A stretch of 64,000 nucleotides of DNA, from assembly GCA_963832745.1 (NCBI GenBank), contig CAWHVC010000002.1:404684-468683 (forward strand), given 5' to 3'. The notes under the pieces were generated by a model. The model was not told where the DNA came from and did not search any database. It saw nothing but the letters and a program-made list of their open reading frames with translations. Source of the DNA: Candidatus Bathyarchaeota archaeon. Lineage in GTDB: Archaea > Thermoproteota > Bathyarchaeia > Bathyarchaeales > Bathycorpusculaceae. Position numbers and translations under genes: made by a program. Positions 21,701 to 30,787 of this stretch are shown here, one piece after another (the first letter of the stretch is position 1; every line of letters begins with the position of its first letter).

Positions 21701-24191
21701 TTCCTAATCAGTACACTTTAACAATGAATACAGTCGGCCATGGTACTGTTATTCCAGGAAACCAAACCTCAGTTGATGCAGGAACAACCTTGAATTTAGT
21801 TGCTATTCCTGACGAAGGCTGGGTCTTCTCTGGTTGGAGCGGAGATGCTTCAGGTTCAACAAACACAACCATAACCATGACCAGTAACAAAACAGTCACT
21901 GCAACATTCACTGAGGTTATATCTGTAAACTTAACGATGCTTACAGCTGGTCAAGGTTCAGTCACACCCGGAAACGAAACTTACACTCTAGGAACCAGTG
22001 TAGACTTAAAAGCAATACCAGCTGCCGGCTGGAGTTTCAGCGGATGGACTGGTGACGCTTCAGGCATAGAAAACACAACAATCACAATGACAGGCAACAA
22101 GACGGTCACTGCTACTTTCACACAGGATACTTACTACCTTACAATGATTACAGTTGGTAACGGAAGCGTGAATCCAGGCAACAACAGCTACGCCTCAGGC
22201 ACAACTATAGACATTGAAGCAATTAATGAAGTAGGCTGGACATTTGACGGTTGGAGCGGCGCGGCAGAAGGTCTAAGCAACACCACAATCACTATGAATG
22301 CCAACAAAACAGTAACAGCAACATTCGCACAAAACAACTACAGATTAACCATGATTACCATAGGCACGGGCAGTGTCACACCGGGAAATCAAACAACTTA
22401 CCATTATGGCGACAACGTAGACATTGCAGCAATAAGCACCACTCCATACGTTTTCAGCGGTTGGAGCGGTAGCACATCAGGCAACACCAACAAAACAATT
22501 ACAATCACCGGAAACATGACAGTAACAGCAACTTTCGTAATCAACAGCCATACAGTATATGTTAATCAAGGCAGCCACGGGACCATCACACCTGGAACAG
22601 CAACCGTAAATGACGGCGGAAGCCAAACATTCACGATATACCCAGACACCGGCTACCACATAGTTGACGTTATTGTTGACAGCTCATCAGTAGGTGCAGT
22701 AACTTCATACCAATTTACTAACATGCAAGAAGACCACATCATAACTGCAACTTTCGCAGCAAATGAGTACACTTTAACAATCACTACAATAGGTAATGGT
22801 TCAGTAACCGCAACACCAGCAACCGCCACCTACCACTACGGCGACATAGTTCAACTAAACGCTATTCCCAACAACGGCTGGTCATTCAACGGCTGGAGCG
22901 GCGACACACAAGGCACAACTAACACAACCATCACCATTGATGGCAACAAGAACATCATTGCAAACTTTACACAAAATAGTTACCAAATAAGCTTCACTTT
23001 GACAGGCGTCGACTCTACAGGTGTAGTCTTGACAGTTGACGGAGTGGGCTATACAGTAGCAGATCTGCCCCAAACCTTCAATTGGCTCTATGGTTCAGTG
23101 CATACTTTCGTATTCAATTCAACCTTGCCAGTAAGCAACGATGAACGGTACGTTTGGAATATAACCGGGGGCCTTTCAACACTTAAAGAAGGCACATTAA
23201 CCGTAACAGGTGCAGGAACAATTGCTGGAGCATATACCACCCAATATTTGCTTACAGTAGCAACAAGTAAAGGAAGCACATCTGGAAGTGGATGGTACAA
23301 TTCTGGAACATCAGCAACTGCAGCAGTAAGCCAATCAACAGTAACTTTAGGTACAGACACAAGATACATCTTTGACGGCTGGAGCGGCGACGCCTCAGGT
23401 ACACAAGAATCAATCTCTGTAACAATGGATGAACCAAAAACTGTAACTGCAAACTGGGAAACTCAGTACCGTGTCACTGTAACTGCTAACCCAGCAAATG
23501 GCGGAGCAACAACACCTTCAACAGCAACTTGGATGCCGGCAGGAACCCTTGATATTTCCTGCACTCCAAACGCTGACTATCTATTTACTTCATGGAGCAA
23601 GCTCGACTGTACAAATAACCCTAACTTCACCATCGTCAGCTTCAACAACTGCCACAAATCAATGGACCTGGCACAATAACGGCGAACTTCAACCAAACAA
23701 CACAAGTCTTTACCTCAAACCCTGATGGTAAAACAGAAGAATTAAAGCTGAAAGGAAACATTACGGCTTCTCAATTAACTAACCCAAGAATAGCCTCGAT
23801 TCTAGCCTTACCACGAAAATAATGTTCACTGCTACACGGTCCAAGTGGAACAGTTGGATTTACCAACATAACAATCGCAAAGTCATCTGTTGCATACGGC
23901 ACTAAACCCGTAGTCTACATAGACGGCGAAAAGGCAGCTGACCAAGGCTACACGCAAGACAAAGACAACTATTACGTTTGGTTTACAACACACTTCAGTA
24001 AACACGAAATATACATAGAATTCACTTCAGACCAAGTCCAGCCAACAGTTCAGCCAACAGAAACATCAACACAGCCTCCTGCAACAAACGACTTCACCTT
24101 GCCAGCAGTCATCGCCGTAATAATCCTCTTTGCGGTCCTGATTGGTTTATTTATTCAACGGCGAATACACCAAAACCCCGCAAGTCAATAA
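18750..24191 (+). CDS. Very large surface protein: Ig-like (ETGLxSGTxW) domains, two PQQ/BamB-like beta-propellers, InlB B-repeat-like domains, C-terminal TM; frameshifts at about 19058 and 23600-23830
   Basis: Signal peptide; SSPAV.DG.VY....G..YA repeats; GWxFSGWSGD repeats. C-terminal GYTQD..YYVWFTTHFS domain, PT linker and TM end at TAA 24189-24191. Confidence 0.85.
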
Positions 24192-24290
24192 GCTTGCAAA
24201 ATTTTTTCTTTTTTATTCATTTATTTTTTTTAAGGTTAATTAAGTTGGTTTGACTTTTAACCAAAAACATTACGTTGAGGAAATTGTTGT

Positions 24291-25073
24291 ATGTCAAAAG
24301 CTAAAGTCGGCGTTTCTATGCTCTACAGTTTGGGCGAACCCTTCAACCGCATGGTTAAAAAATTAAGCAACCAAGGCACAAAATACATTGAAGTTTTAGA
24401 TGACGGGGCACATGAACTTGATAAAAAACGCGTTAATCTCCTTAAAGAAGCGGCTAAAAGCTACGATTTAGAATACACAGTTCATGCACCGTTTGCTGAC
24501 ATAAACATTGCCTCCCCTTCAAGACCAATTCTTGATGCATCCATGAAACGCCTTGTCCAATCTCTTGATTTTGCCCGCGATTTAGATGCTAAACTTTGGG
24601 TTTTCCATCCAGGTGCAAGAACAGGAATAACCCAATTCTATCCTGGCTCAGAATGGAAACAAAACATGCAAAGCATACAGGAACTATACGCCGAAGCTGA
24701 ACAACTCGGCATAAGCATAGCCATAGAAAATTTGCCAGCCAAATATTGGTTCTTAATGAAAAGCCCCGAAGACTTCCGCAGATTCTACAAGGAAACCGCG
24801 TTGCCCATCGGCATCGTTTTAGATTTGGGACACGCTCATCTTGAAAGCCAAATACAACCATTTTTCAACCAACTCGCAGACAAAATAATTCATATCCACG
24901 CCAGCGACAACCAAGGCGTCGATGATGACCACCTTGGCGTTGGATACGGCACAATTGATTACCAATGGTTTGCTGAAACCCTAAAGAAACTAGATTACGA
25001 CCAACGCGTAGTTATCGAATCCTGCGAACACGTGCCTGAAAGTTTACAGAAACTTAAGGCGTTACTGAATTAG
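24291..25073 (+). CDS. Sugar phosphate isomerase/epimerase or AP endonuclease 2 TIM-barrel protein
   Basis: VHAPFADINIAS, FHPG, IENL, DLGH, HIHASDN..DDHL..G.GTID, VIE. Confidence 0.85.
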   Translation: MSKAKVGVSMLYSLGEPFNRMVKKLSNQGTKYIEVLDDGAHELDKKRVNLLKEAAKSYDLEYTVHAPFADINIASPSRPILDASMKRLVQSLDFARDLDAKLWVFHPGARTGITQFYPGSEWKQNMQSIQELYAEAEQLGISIAIENLPAKYWFLMKSPEDFRRFYKETALPIGIVLDLGHAHLESQIQPFFNQLADKIIHIHASDNQGVDDDHLGVGYGTIDYQWFAETLKKLDYDQRVVIESCEHVPESLQKLKALLN

Positions 25074-25986
25074 CCTCATTAAGCGGCAATTCTAACGCCA
25101 AAAGGTCCTCTGCCAGCACTGTGTTCTCAAAAACCTTTTTCGCCTGCTCCAGTAGTAATCCTGCATCAGGATACCTTGCGCTAATATGCGTTAAAACAAG
25201 CATTTTGGCGCCTGCCGCTTTAGCTTGCCCCGCTGCCTGCGAAGGCGTTGAATGCCCATCAACAACTGCTTTTTCAGCCAAGGAATCATCAAATGTGCAT
25301 TCATGAATAATCACGTCTGCGCATTCCGCGAAATCTGCAAAGGCTTCAAAAGGTCGTGTGTCACCTGTGTAAACGATTTTCCTTCCCTGCCGCATTGGGC
25401 CCATCACGTCACCAGGCTTAACTGCCTTGCCTTCGGGTAACGTTATGGCTTCACCGTTTTGGAGTTTAGACCATAACTCGCCTTTTGGGACGCCAAGTGA
25501 AGCGGCTTTTTTAGGGAAAAACTTTCCAGGACGGGGTTTCTCTTCAAACACGTAACTATAACTCTCTGTTGTATGATTTGATTTCACTGCTTCCACTATG
25601 TATTCTTCTTCCTCAACGATAACACCAGGCTTCACAATTTCGTTAATATCAACTTGATAAGTTAACCCAAATCTTAGCGTCTGCTGACAGCAAACCAAAA
25701 AATCCTTAATCCCCAATGGACCATAGATTTGAAGTGGCTCTTTTCTATCCATCAACGCCATAGTCTGCAATACACCCGGCAAACCCAACACGTGGTCACC
25801 ATGCAGATGAGTAAGGAAGATTTTGGTTTTTTTGTGAAAACTGATTTTTGAAGCCATCATTTGTCGTTGTGTGTTTTCTCCGCAGTCAAACATCCACTGC
25901 TCAGTTGGGCACTGTAACATGGTGGCTGGTAAGCTGCGTTTTAGGGTTGGTACTGCTGCGCTTGTTCCAAGAAATATTATTCGCAT
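25054..25986 (-). CDS. rnz: Ribonuclease Z
   Basis: FLGTSAAVPT, FDCGE, THLHGDH, exosite GVPKG, YTGDT, HECTF, HST, THISARY. Confidence 0.95.
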   Translation of the reverse strand: MRIIFLGTSAAVPTLKRSLPATMLQCPTEQWMFDCGENTQRQMMASKISFHKKTKIFLTHLHGDHVLGLPGVLQTMALMDRKEPLQIYGPLGIKDFLVCCQQTLRFGLTYQVDINEIVKPGVIVEEEEYIVEAVKSNHTTESYSYVFEEKPRPGKFFPKKAASLGVPKGELWSKLQNGEAITLPEGKAVKPGDVMGPMRQGRKIVYTGDTRPFEAFADFAECADVIIHECTFDDSLAEKAVVDGHSTPSQAAGQAKAAGAKMLVLTHISARYPDAGLLLEQAKKVFENTVLAEDLLALELPLNEANSVTP

Positions 25987-25988
25987 GC

Positions 25989-27038
25989 TCAAGTTTTTGG
26001 CACCTTCTCAAACACTGCTACTTCCCTTGTTAGGGTGCTGTGTACATAAGCGAAATGTGATTCAATATGCTTAAACCCAATAGATACACCGATTGCTTTA
26101 ATGTTTAATGTTTTAGGTGAAGCTATACAGATGCGGTGACCATCCGGCAGTAAGTTGTAGGCAGATTCTAGAACTTGCTGAACAAGTTCTCTTGTCGTAG
26201 ATTTAAGTGTGCTGGCAGAGCGTCCATACGGTGGATCGGTTACCATGCAGTCAACTTTGTAAAAGGGCAGTTTCCGAGCGTCAGCCATAATCAGTCCCTC
26301 AGCGTCAATATTAAAGAACCGAAGGTTTCTCCGGCAACCTAAAACCATCTTTTTCGCTGCGTCAACTCCCAACGCGTGGCATCCGATGTAGGTAGCTTCG
26401 ATTAAAGAACTGCCTGTGCCACAAAACGGATCCAGCATTGTTCCCTCTACTTTGGCGTGTGCCAAATTCACCATGCACCTTGCAAGTTTGGATGGCATTG
26501 CGGATGGGTGAAAGAAGGGTTTTTTGCGTGGACGCCGCTCTGAAAAAGTTTTGCTGCTGATTTCAGTGAGTTTTAAACCTAAGACAAGTTTTTCGTCTGT
26601 AATTATTCCGATGAAGGTTTTGTCAGGGTGCTTTAGGTTTACCTTGGCTTCGGGGGCTAATTTGAGGATTTGGCGTCCCAATCTAATTTCAAGCTCCATC
26701 GTGTTAATAGCTTGGTCAGCATAATTTTTTATGCGATTTATTCTTACAACAAAGCTTTCTCCAGGTTTAAGGACGCTTTTGAAGTCTGTTTCTTGGGCGG
26801 CTTTAGCGATGTCTTCATGGTTTGCGTTTGAAACAAAAAGTTCCTTTGCACACAGTCGCGTGAAGGCAGATCGCACTGGAATTACTTTTACGCTTTCCTC
26901 AGCAGCTTCAAGCCGCAAAACTTGATCCATTAACTCGGTGATGGTATAAGGGTAACCTTCTGTTTCAAGGATTGCTTTTGCTTCCGACGCTGGCATAGTC
27001 GGGTTTTCGCCAGAAAGCAAAAAGAAAAGTTTAGGCAC
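25989..27038 (-). CDS. THUMP-domain tRNA (guanine-10 N2) methyltransferase (Trm11/TrmG10)
   Basis: THUMP region, RPRKKPFFHP, LDPFCGTGS, TDPPYGR. Confidence 0.9.
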   Translation of the reverse strand: MPKLFFLLSGENPTMPASEAKAILETEGYPYTITELMDQVLRLEAAEESVKVIPVRSAFTRLCAKELFVSNANHEDIAKAAQETDFKSVLKPGESFVVRINRIKNYADQAINTMELEIRLGRQILKLAPEAKVNLKHPDKTFIGIITDEKLVLGLKLTEISSKTFSERRPRKKPFFHPSAMPSKLARCMVNLAHAKVEGTMLDPFCGTGSSLIEATYIGCHALGVDAAKKMVLGCRRNLRFFNIDAEGLIMADARKLPFYKVDCMVTDPPYGRSASTLKSTTRELVQQVLESAYNLLPDGHRICIASPKTLNIKAIGVSIGFKHIESHFAYVHSTLTREVAVFEKVPKT

Positions 27039-27039
27039 T

Positions 27040-27942
27040 CTAATTTGCGCCTTTAAGCTGTTTGCTAATTAACGGTGCCAAGCTGACTTTGCTGTAAGGA
27101 CCTGGAACGCTGTCTGTTCCAATGATTTCTTCAACACCGGCATCCAAAATGCGTTTGGCAGCATCACCAATAAGCAATGGATGAACACAAGCAGTAAAGA
27201 CCCGTTTCGCGCCAAGGTCTTTTAGAATTTTTGCTGCACCAACAATTGTGCCGCCGGTACTAATAATATCATCAAAAATTATTACAGTTTGACCTTTTAC
27301 GTCTAAGCCCTCGCCTGTCTGTGTAGTTTGTCCCGTGTAACGGTCTCGAACTTTATCGAGATGTCCAGCGTCTCCTCCTAAAACTTGTTGGGCTTCTTGC
27401 GCAATGTACATGGCACCCTTGTCTGGCGAGAGTGCGTAGGCTTTTTTGTAGCCTTTCTCCACAAAGTACTGTGCCAAAAGGGAAATGGCGCTTGCAGTTT
27501 GCGCTGGGAAAGGAAACTTTGCTAATGCAGGTTCCGAGTGAATGTTTACAGTTAACATGCTGTTTATTCCTGAGGCTCCAAGCATCCGCGCAATGGTTTC
27601 AATGCTTATACCTTCTCCTGAAAGAAACATCTTATCCTGCCTAGCATATGCCAAGTAAGGTACCACAGCTGTGACTTTCTTTGCTCCTGCACGTTTAGCG
27701 GCGTCAGCCATAAAAGCTAACTGAAAAAGCCTGCTATCCTGTCCAGGCGGACAAGTGGTTTGAATGATTGCGACGTCTTCGCCCGAAACATTGCCGTCTA
27801 ACCGGACGTATGATTCGCCGTCTGGAAAAATCTTTGACACTACCTGAACGTTTGGATAGCCTGTAATGTTTGAAACGCTTTCAGCAAGCTCTTTTGAAGC
27901 TGGACCTGAGATAATCTTCATGAATATTTTACCTCTTGCCAT
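27040..27942 (-). CDS. prs: Ribose-phosphate pyrophosphokinase
   Basis: FPDGESYVR, PYLAYARQD, SPDKGA, DDIISTGGT. Confidence 0.95.
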   Translation of the reverse strand: MARGKIFMKIISGPASKELAESVSNITGYPNVQVVSKIFPDGESYVRLDGNVSGEDVAIIQTTCPPGQDSRLFQLAFMADAAKRAGAKKVTAVVPYLAYARQDKMFLSGEGISIETIARMLGASGINSMLTVNIHSEPALAKFPFPAQTASAISLLAQYFVEKGYKKAYALSPDKGAMYIAQEAQQVLGGDAGHLDKVRDRYTGQTTQTGEGLDVKGQTVIIFDDIISTGGTIVGAAKILKDLGAKRVFTACVHPLLIGDAAKRILDAGVEEIIGTDSVPGPYSKVSLAPLISKQLKGAN

Positions 27943-28286
27943 TGTAAAAATGCAGCTTGTAGCTTTAAGGCTTTATCTTGCAGGCTTTTGATTTAATGAT
28001 TTGCCTATTTGTTGCCCCTTTGGTTGCCGCCAAATTCGTATGTTCACTTTTAACAACTTTTTTATGATGCATTTCCCATTTACCAAACAACTCGTCGGCG
28101 ATTGATCAGTTGATGATTAAATATGCGGTTACATGTATTTGTGAAAGACTGTATAAAGATGTTCAAAAGGAATATGGACCTGAAAAAACAGGGTAGCATT
28201 TTCACTTTAACTTGCCCCTCCCCTGACGTAAACTGTCTCTTTTTCGCTTGTTTTAAATACACCTGACTATACATCAATCATAAAGT

Positions 28287-29324
28287 GTGAAGTTAATGCC
28301 CGAAGACACAGACCAAACGCAAGAAGAAACTGAAGAAAAAACAACAGAAAAATATGAGTTCATAGAAGACCTTCCAGGAGTTGGACCAGCAACCGCTCAG
28401 AAACTCCGTGAACTCGGATACCACACAGTAGAATCCCTTGCAATGGCCACAATCAGGGAACTTGAACCTGTAGGCGTCAGCGAGAAAAAAGCGTCGCAAG
28501 TAATACAGGCAGCCCGTTCATCCGTGGGAGTATCATTTATTCGTGCTGACCAATTACTAAAACAACGCCAAAATGTTGCACGCTTAACCACAGGAAGCAA
28601 AGCTCTTGACAAAATTGTCGATGGCGGTTTAGAAACCCAAACCATCTCAGAATTTTACGGTGAATATGGAAGTGGGAAAAGCCAAGTGTGTCATCAATTA
28701 TGCGTAAACGTTCAGTTACCAATTGAAAAAGGTGGACTCAACGGCGGCGCTTTATATATTGATACAGAGAACACTTTCCGGCTTGAACGTATTGTCCAAA
28801 TGGCTAACCACTTAAATCTTGACCCTGAACAAGTTGTAAAGAATATTATTTACGCTGAAGCCTACACTTCCGACCATCAAATGTTTTTGTTAGAAAACGC
28901 TGACGAAATAATTAAGGCAAATAACATCAAACTAATCATTGTTGACTCGTTAACTGCGCACTTCCGTAGTGAATACATAGGCAGAGAAATGCTTGCCAGT
29001 CGCCAGCAGAGACTAAACAAGCATATGCATAAACTCACCGCTTTAGCCCGCGCATTTAACGCAGTGGCAGTTGTAACCAATCAGGTTATGGCAAAGCCTG
29101 ACCAGTTCTTCGGTGACGCCATTCACCCCATCGGCGGCAACATTGTCGGTCATACCAGCCAAACACGACTTTATCTACGCCGTGCTTCTCATGGTCCAAT
29201 ACGTATTGCACGGCTTGTTTCGAGTCCTTATCTGCCTGAAGGGGAGGAAATCCTTAAAGTTACCGAAAACGGAATAGAAGATGTCTCTGAAGAAGAGAAA
29301 GCAACTAAACCCCGTGGTCGCTAA
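28287..29324 (+). CDS. radA: DNA repair recombinase RadA
   Basis: N-terminal HhH (LPGVG), FxxA motif, GEYGSGKS, IDTENTFR, VDS, RQQRL, TNQV. Confidence 0.97.
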   Translation: MKLMPEDTDQTQEETEEKTTEKYEFIEDLPGVGPATAQKLRELGYHTVESLAMATIRELEPVGVSEKKASQVIQAARSSVGVSFIRADQLLKQRQNVARLTTGSKALDKIVDGGLETQTISEFYGEYGSGKSQVCHQLCVNVQLPIEKGGLNGGALYIDTENTFRLERIVQMANHLNLDPEQVVKNIIYAEAYTSDHQMFLLENADEIIKANNIKLIIVDSLTAHFRSEYIGREMLASRQQRLNKHMHKLTALARAFNAVAVVTNQVMAKPDQFFGDAIHPIGGNIVGHTSQTRLYLRRASHGPIRIARLVSSPYLPEGEEILKVTENGIEDVSEEEKATKPRGR

Positions 29325-29326
29325 GT

Positions 29327-29860
29327 ATGCCTATACCTCAAGCCTTAGTAACTCGTTATTTCCAGTTAATCGTTAGTAGGCAATTCACTGAAGCTGAACG
29401 CGAGCTGGAAAGAGTAAAACAAAAACTGCAAAAAACCGAATGGAACAGAGGCTACTTCCGTGCATTATACGGAATGTATCTTTCAAGAAAAAACACTAAC
29501 GACAATTACGCTTTTTTTTCAAGGTTGGATTTAAGCGACAAAGTAACTCTTCACACTTACAGGCGAGAATTTCTTGATAATATGCGCAGTGGGCTCCATG
29601 GTGATTTTGACCGAGGCTACTTTTCCGCTTGGGCGGACTGTATGCGAATTTTAACCCGTATGGATGTTCCTGGTCCTGTAAATGCAGTAAAAGCGGTGCC
29701 AGAAGACGAATCTATTGAAACTGTTCGTAGCGACAAAAGTCAAGCTACAATGGCTAACTTTTTTAACGGTGACAAAAAAGTTCCTGCTAAGGCAAAAAAG
29801 CAAACGGTTTCTCCCGAAGCTACAGTTGAAACCGTTGAAGAAATACCTAAAAAAGAATAA
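29327..29860 (+). CDS. Hypothetical helical protein immediately downstream of radA
   Basis: Starts 2 nt after the radA stop; repeated RGYF motif. Confidence 0.75.
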   Translation: MPIPQALVTRYFQLIVSRQFTEAERELERVKQKLQKTEWNRGYFRALYGMYLSRKNTNDNYAFFSRLDLSDKVTLHTYRREFLDNMRSGLHGDFDRGYFSAWADCMRILTRMDVPGPVNAVKAVPEDESIETVRSDKSQATMANFFNGDKKVPAKAKKQTVSPEATVETVEEIPKKE

Positions 29861-29878
29861 AATTATTTTTTTTAAATT

Positions 29879-30190
29879 TTAGAATGTTCCGCCTGTGGCT
29901 ACAAAGATTATTGTATAGAATAGCACGTAGAATGCTATCCATGAGAAGAAGTACATGCCTATGCCTGTCATTGTTATTTTTGAGGGTTGTTCAACTTTAT
30001 TTTGGAATTTCATTTTGATTATGCGGAATGATATTAAGTAGATTAATAACGTTAACGAGATTGCGTAAAGCAGAATGCTTATTCCTTCCATGTTTGTGGA
30101 TTCTAAAAATCTTGATAAGATTGCACTTAATGCCGCTGCGGTAATTCCTAACGCCAATCTTAGCCAGTAAATTATTATGAGTGGCTTCAT
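29879..30190 (-). CDS. Three-TM small membrane protein (EMC6/Rab5ip-like)
   Basis: IYWLR start, three TMs, C-terminal GIGMYFFSWIAFYVLFYT pattern. Confidence 0.55.
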   Translation of the reverse strand: MKPLIIIYWLRLALGITAAALSAILSRFLESTNMEGISILLYAISLTLLIYLISFRIIKMKFQNKVEQPSKITMTGIGMYFFSWIAFYVLFYTIIFVATGGTF

Positions 30191-30405
30191 TTTCCTTTTT
30201 TCCTCTTGTCTTGAAATAATCTATCCCTATTAAAAAGGTGCCTTCTATAAATGATTTCTCTATGAGAAACAATGTTTATTGTTTTTTGTTCTCCTTTGTG
30301 ACCATTGTGAATACTGATTTGGGTTTCATAACCGATTTATTTTCTGAAACCCCCTACAATTATATCTCTTGGGTTAGAGGCAACATACAAACGAGGAGCA
30401 GAATA

Positions 30406-30723
30406 ATGGCCTGTATTGAATTTAAGCAAGTGTTACTTGAAGTTATAGGTGAAACTTTCTCTTCTCTGGGTGATTCTCCTAAACAATCAATTGAGTATCA
30501 TTTAGAAAACACGTTTAATCTTAAAGTATCTCAGTACCCTGATGATGTTGCTGCTTTTGATAGGGCATTGAAAAATATTTTTGGGCCGGGCGCTATTTTG
30601 CTTGAAACCCTTATTTTGAATAGGCTTAACGAAAAAGCTGTGCATATTCAGGATGAGGGTGTTAAGCAGGATTTTTATGCTGACATCAGGCGTTTAAATG
30701 ATTTATGGCAAAATAATACTTAA
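30406..30723 (+). CDS. DUF3227/NitrOD5-like small signalling output domain protein
   Basis: GAGGAG SD before ATG 30406; LG.S....YHLE...F..AL..IFG.GA..LE..IL pattern. Confidence 0.6.
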   Translation: MACIEFKQVLLEVIGETFSSLGDSPKQSIEYHLENTFNLKVSQYPDDVAAFDRALKNIFGPGAILLETLILNRLNEKAVHIQDEGVKQDFYADIRRLNDLWQNNT

Positions 30724-30787
30724 CGGATAAAGCTTATTTTATACGCCCATAAACTGTATATGCTTCTCAGTTAATGGTGCATTTGGG

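Noticed and set aside
21700-23460. Repeated sequences as a possible CRISPR array or tandem repeat
   Set aside because: They are degenerate protein-domain repeats within a CDS. No fixed repeat-spacer periodicity and no cas genes were seen anywhere in the window.
27950-28286. Possible C/D box sRNA or damage-response box upstream of radA
   Set aside because: A TGATGA is present but no properly spaced CTGA box or convincing palindrome was seen.
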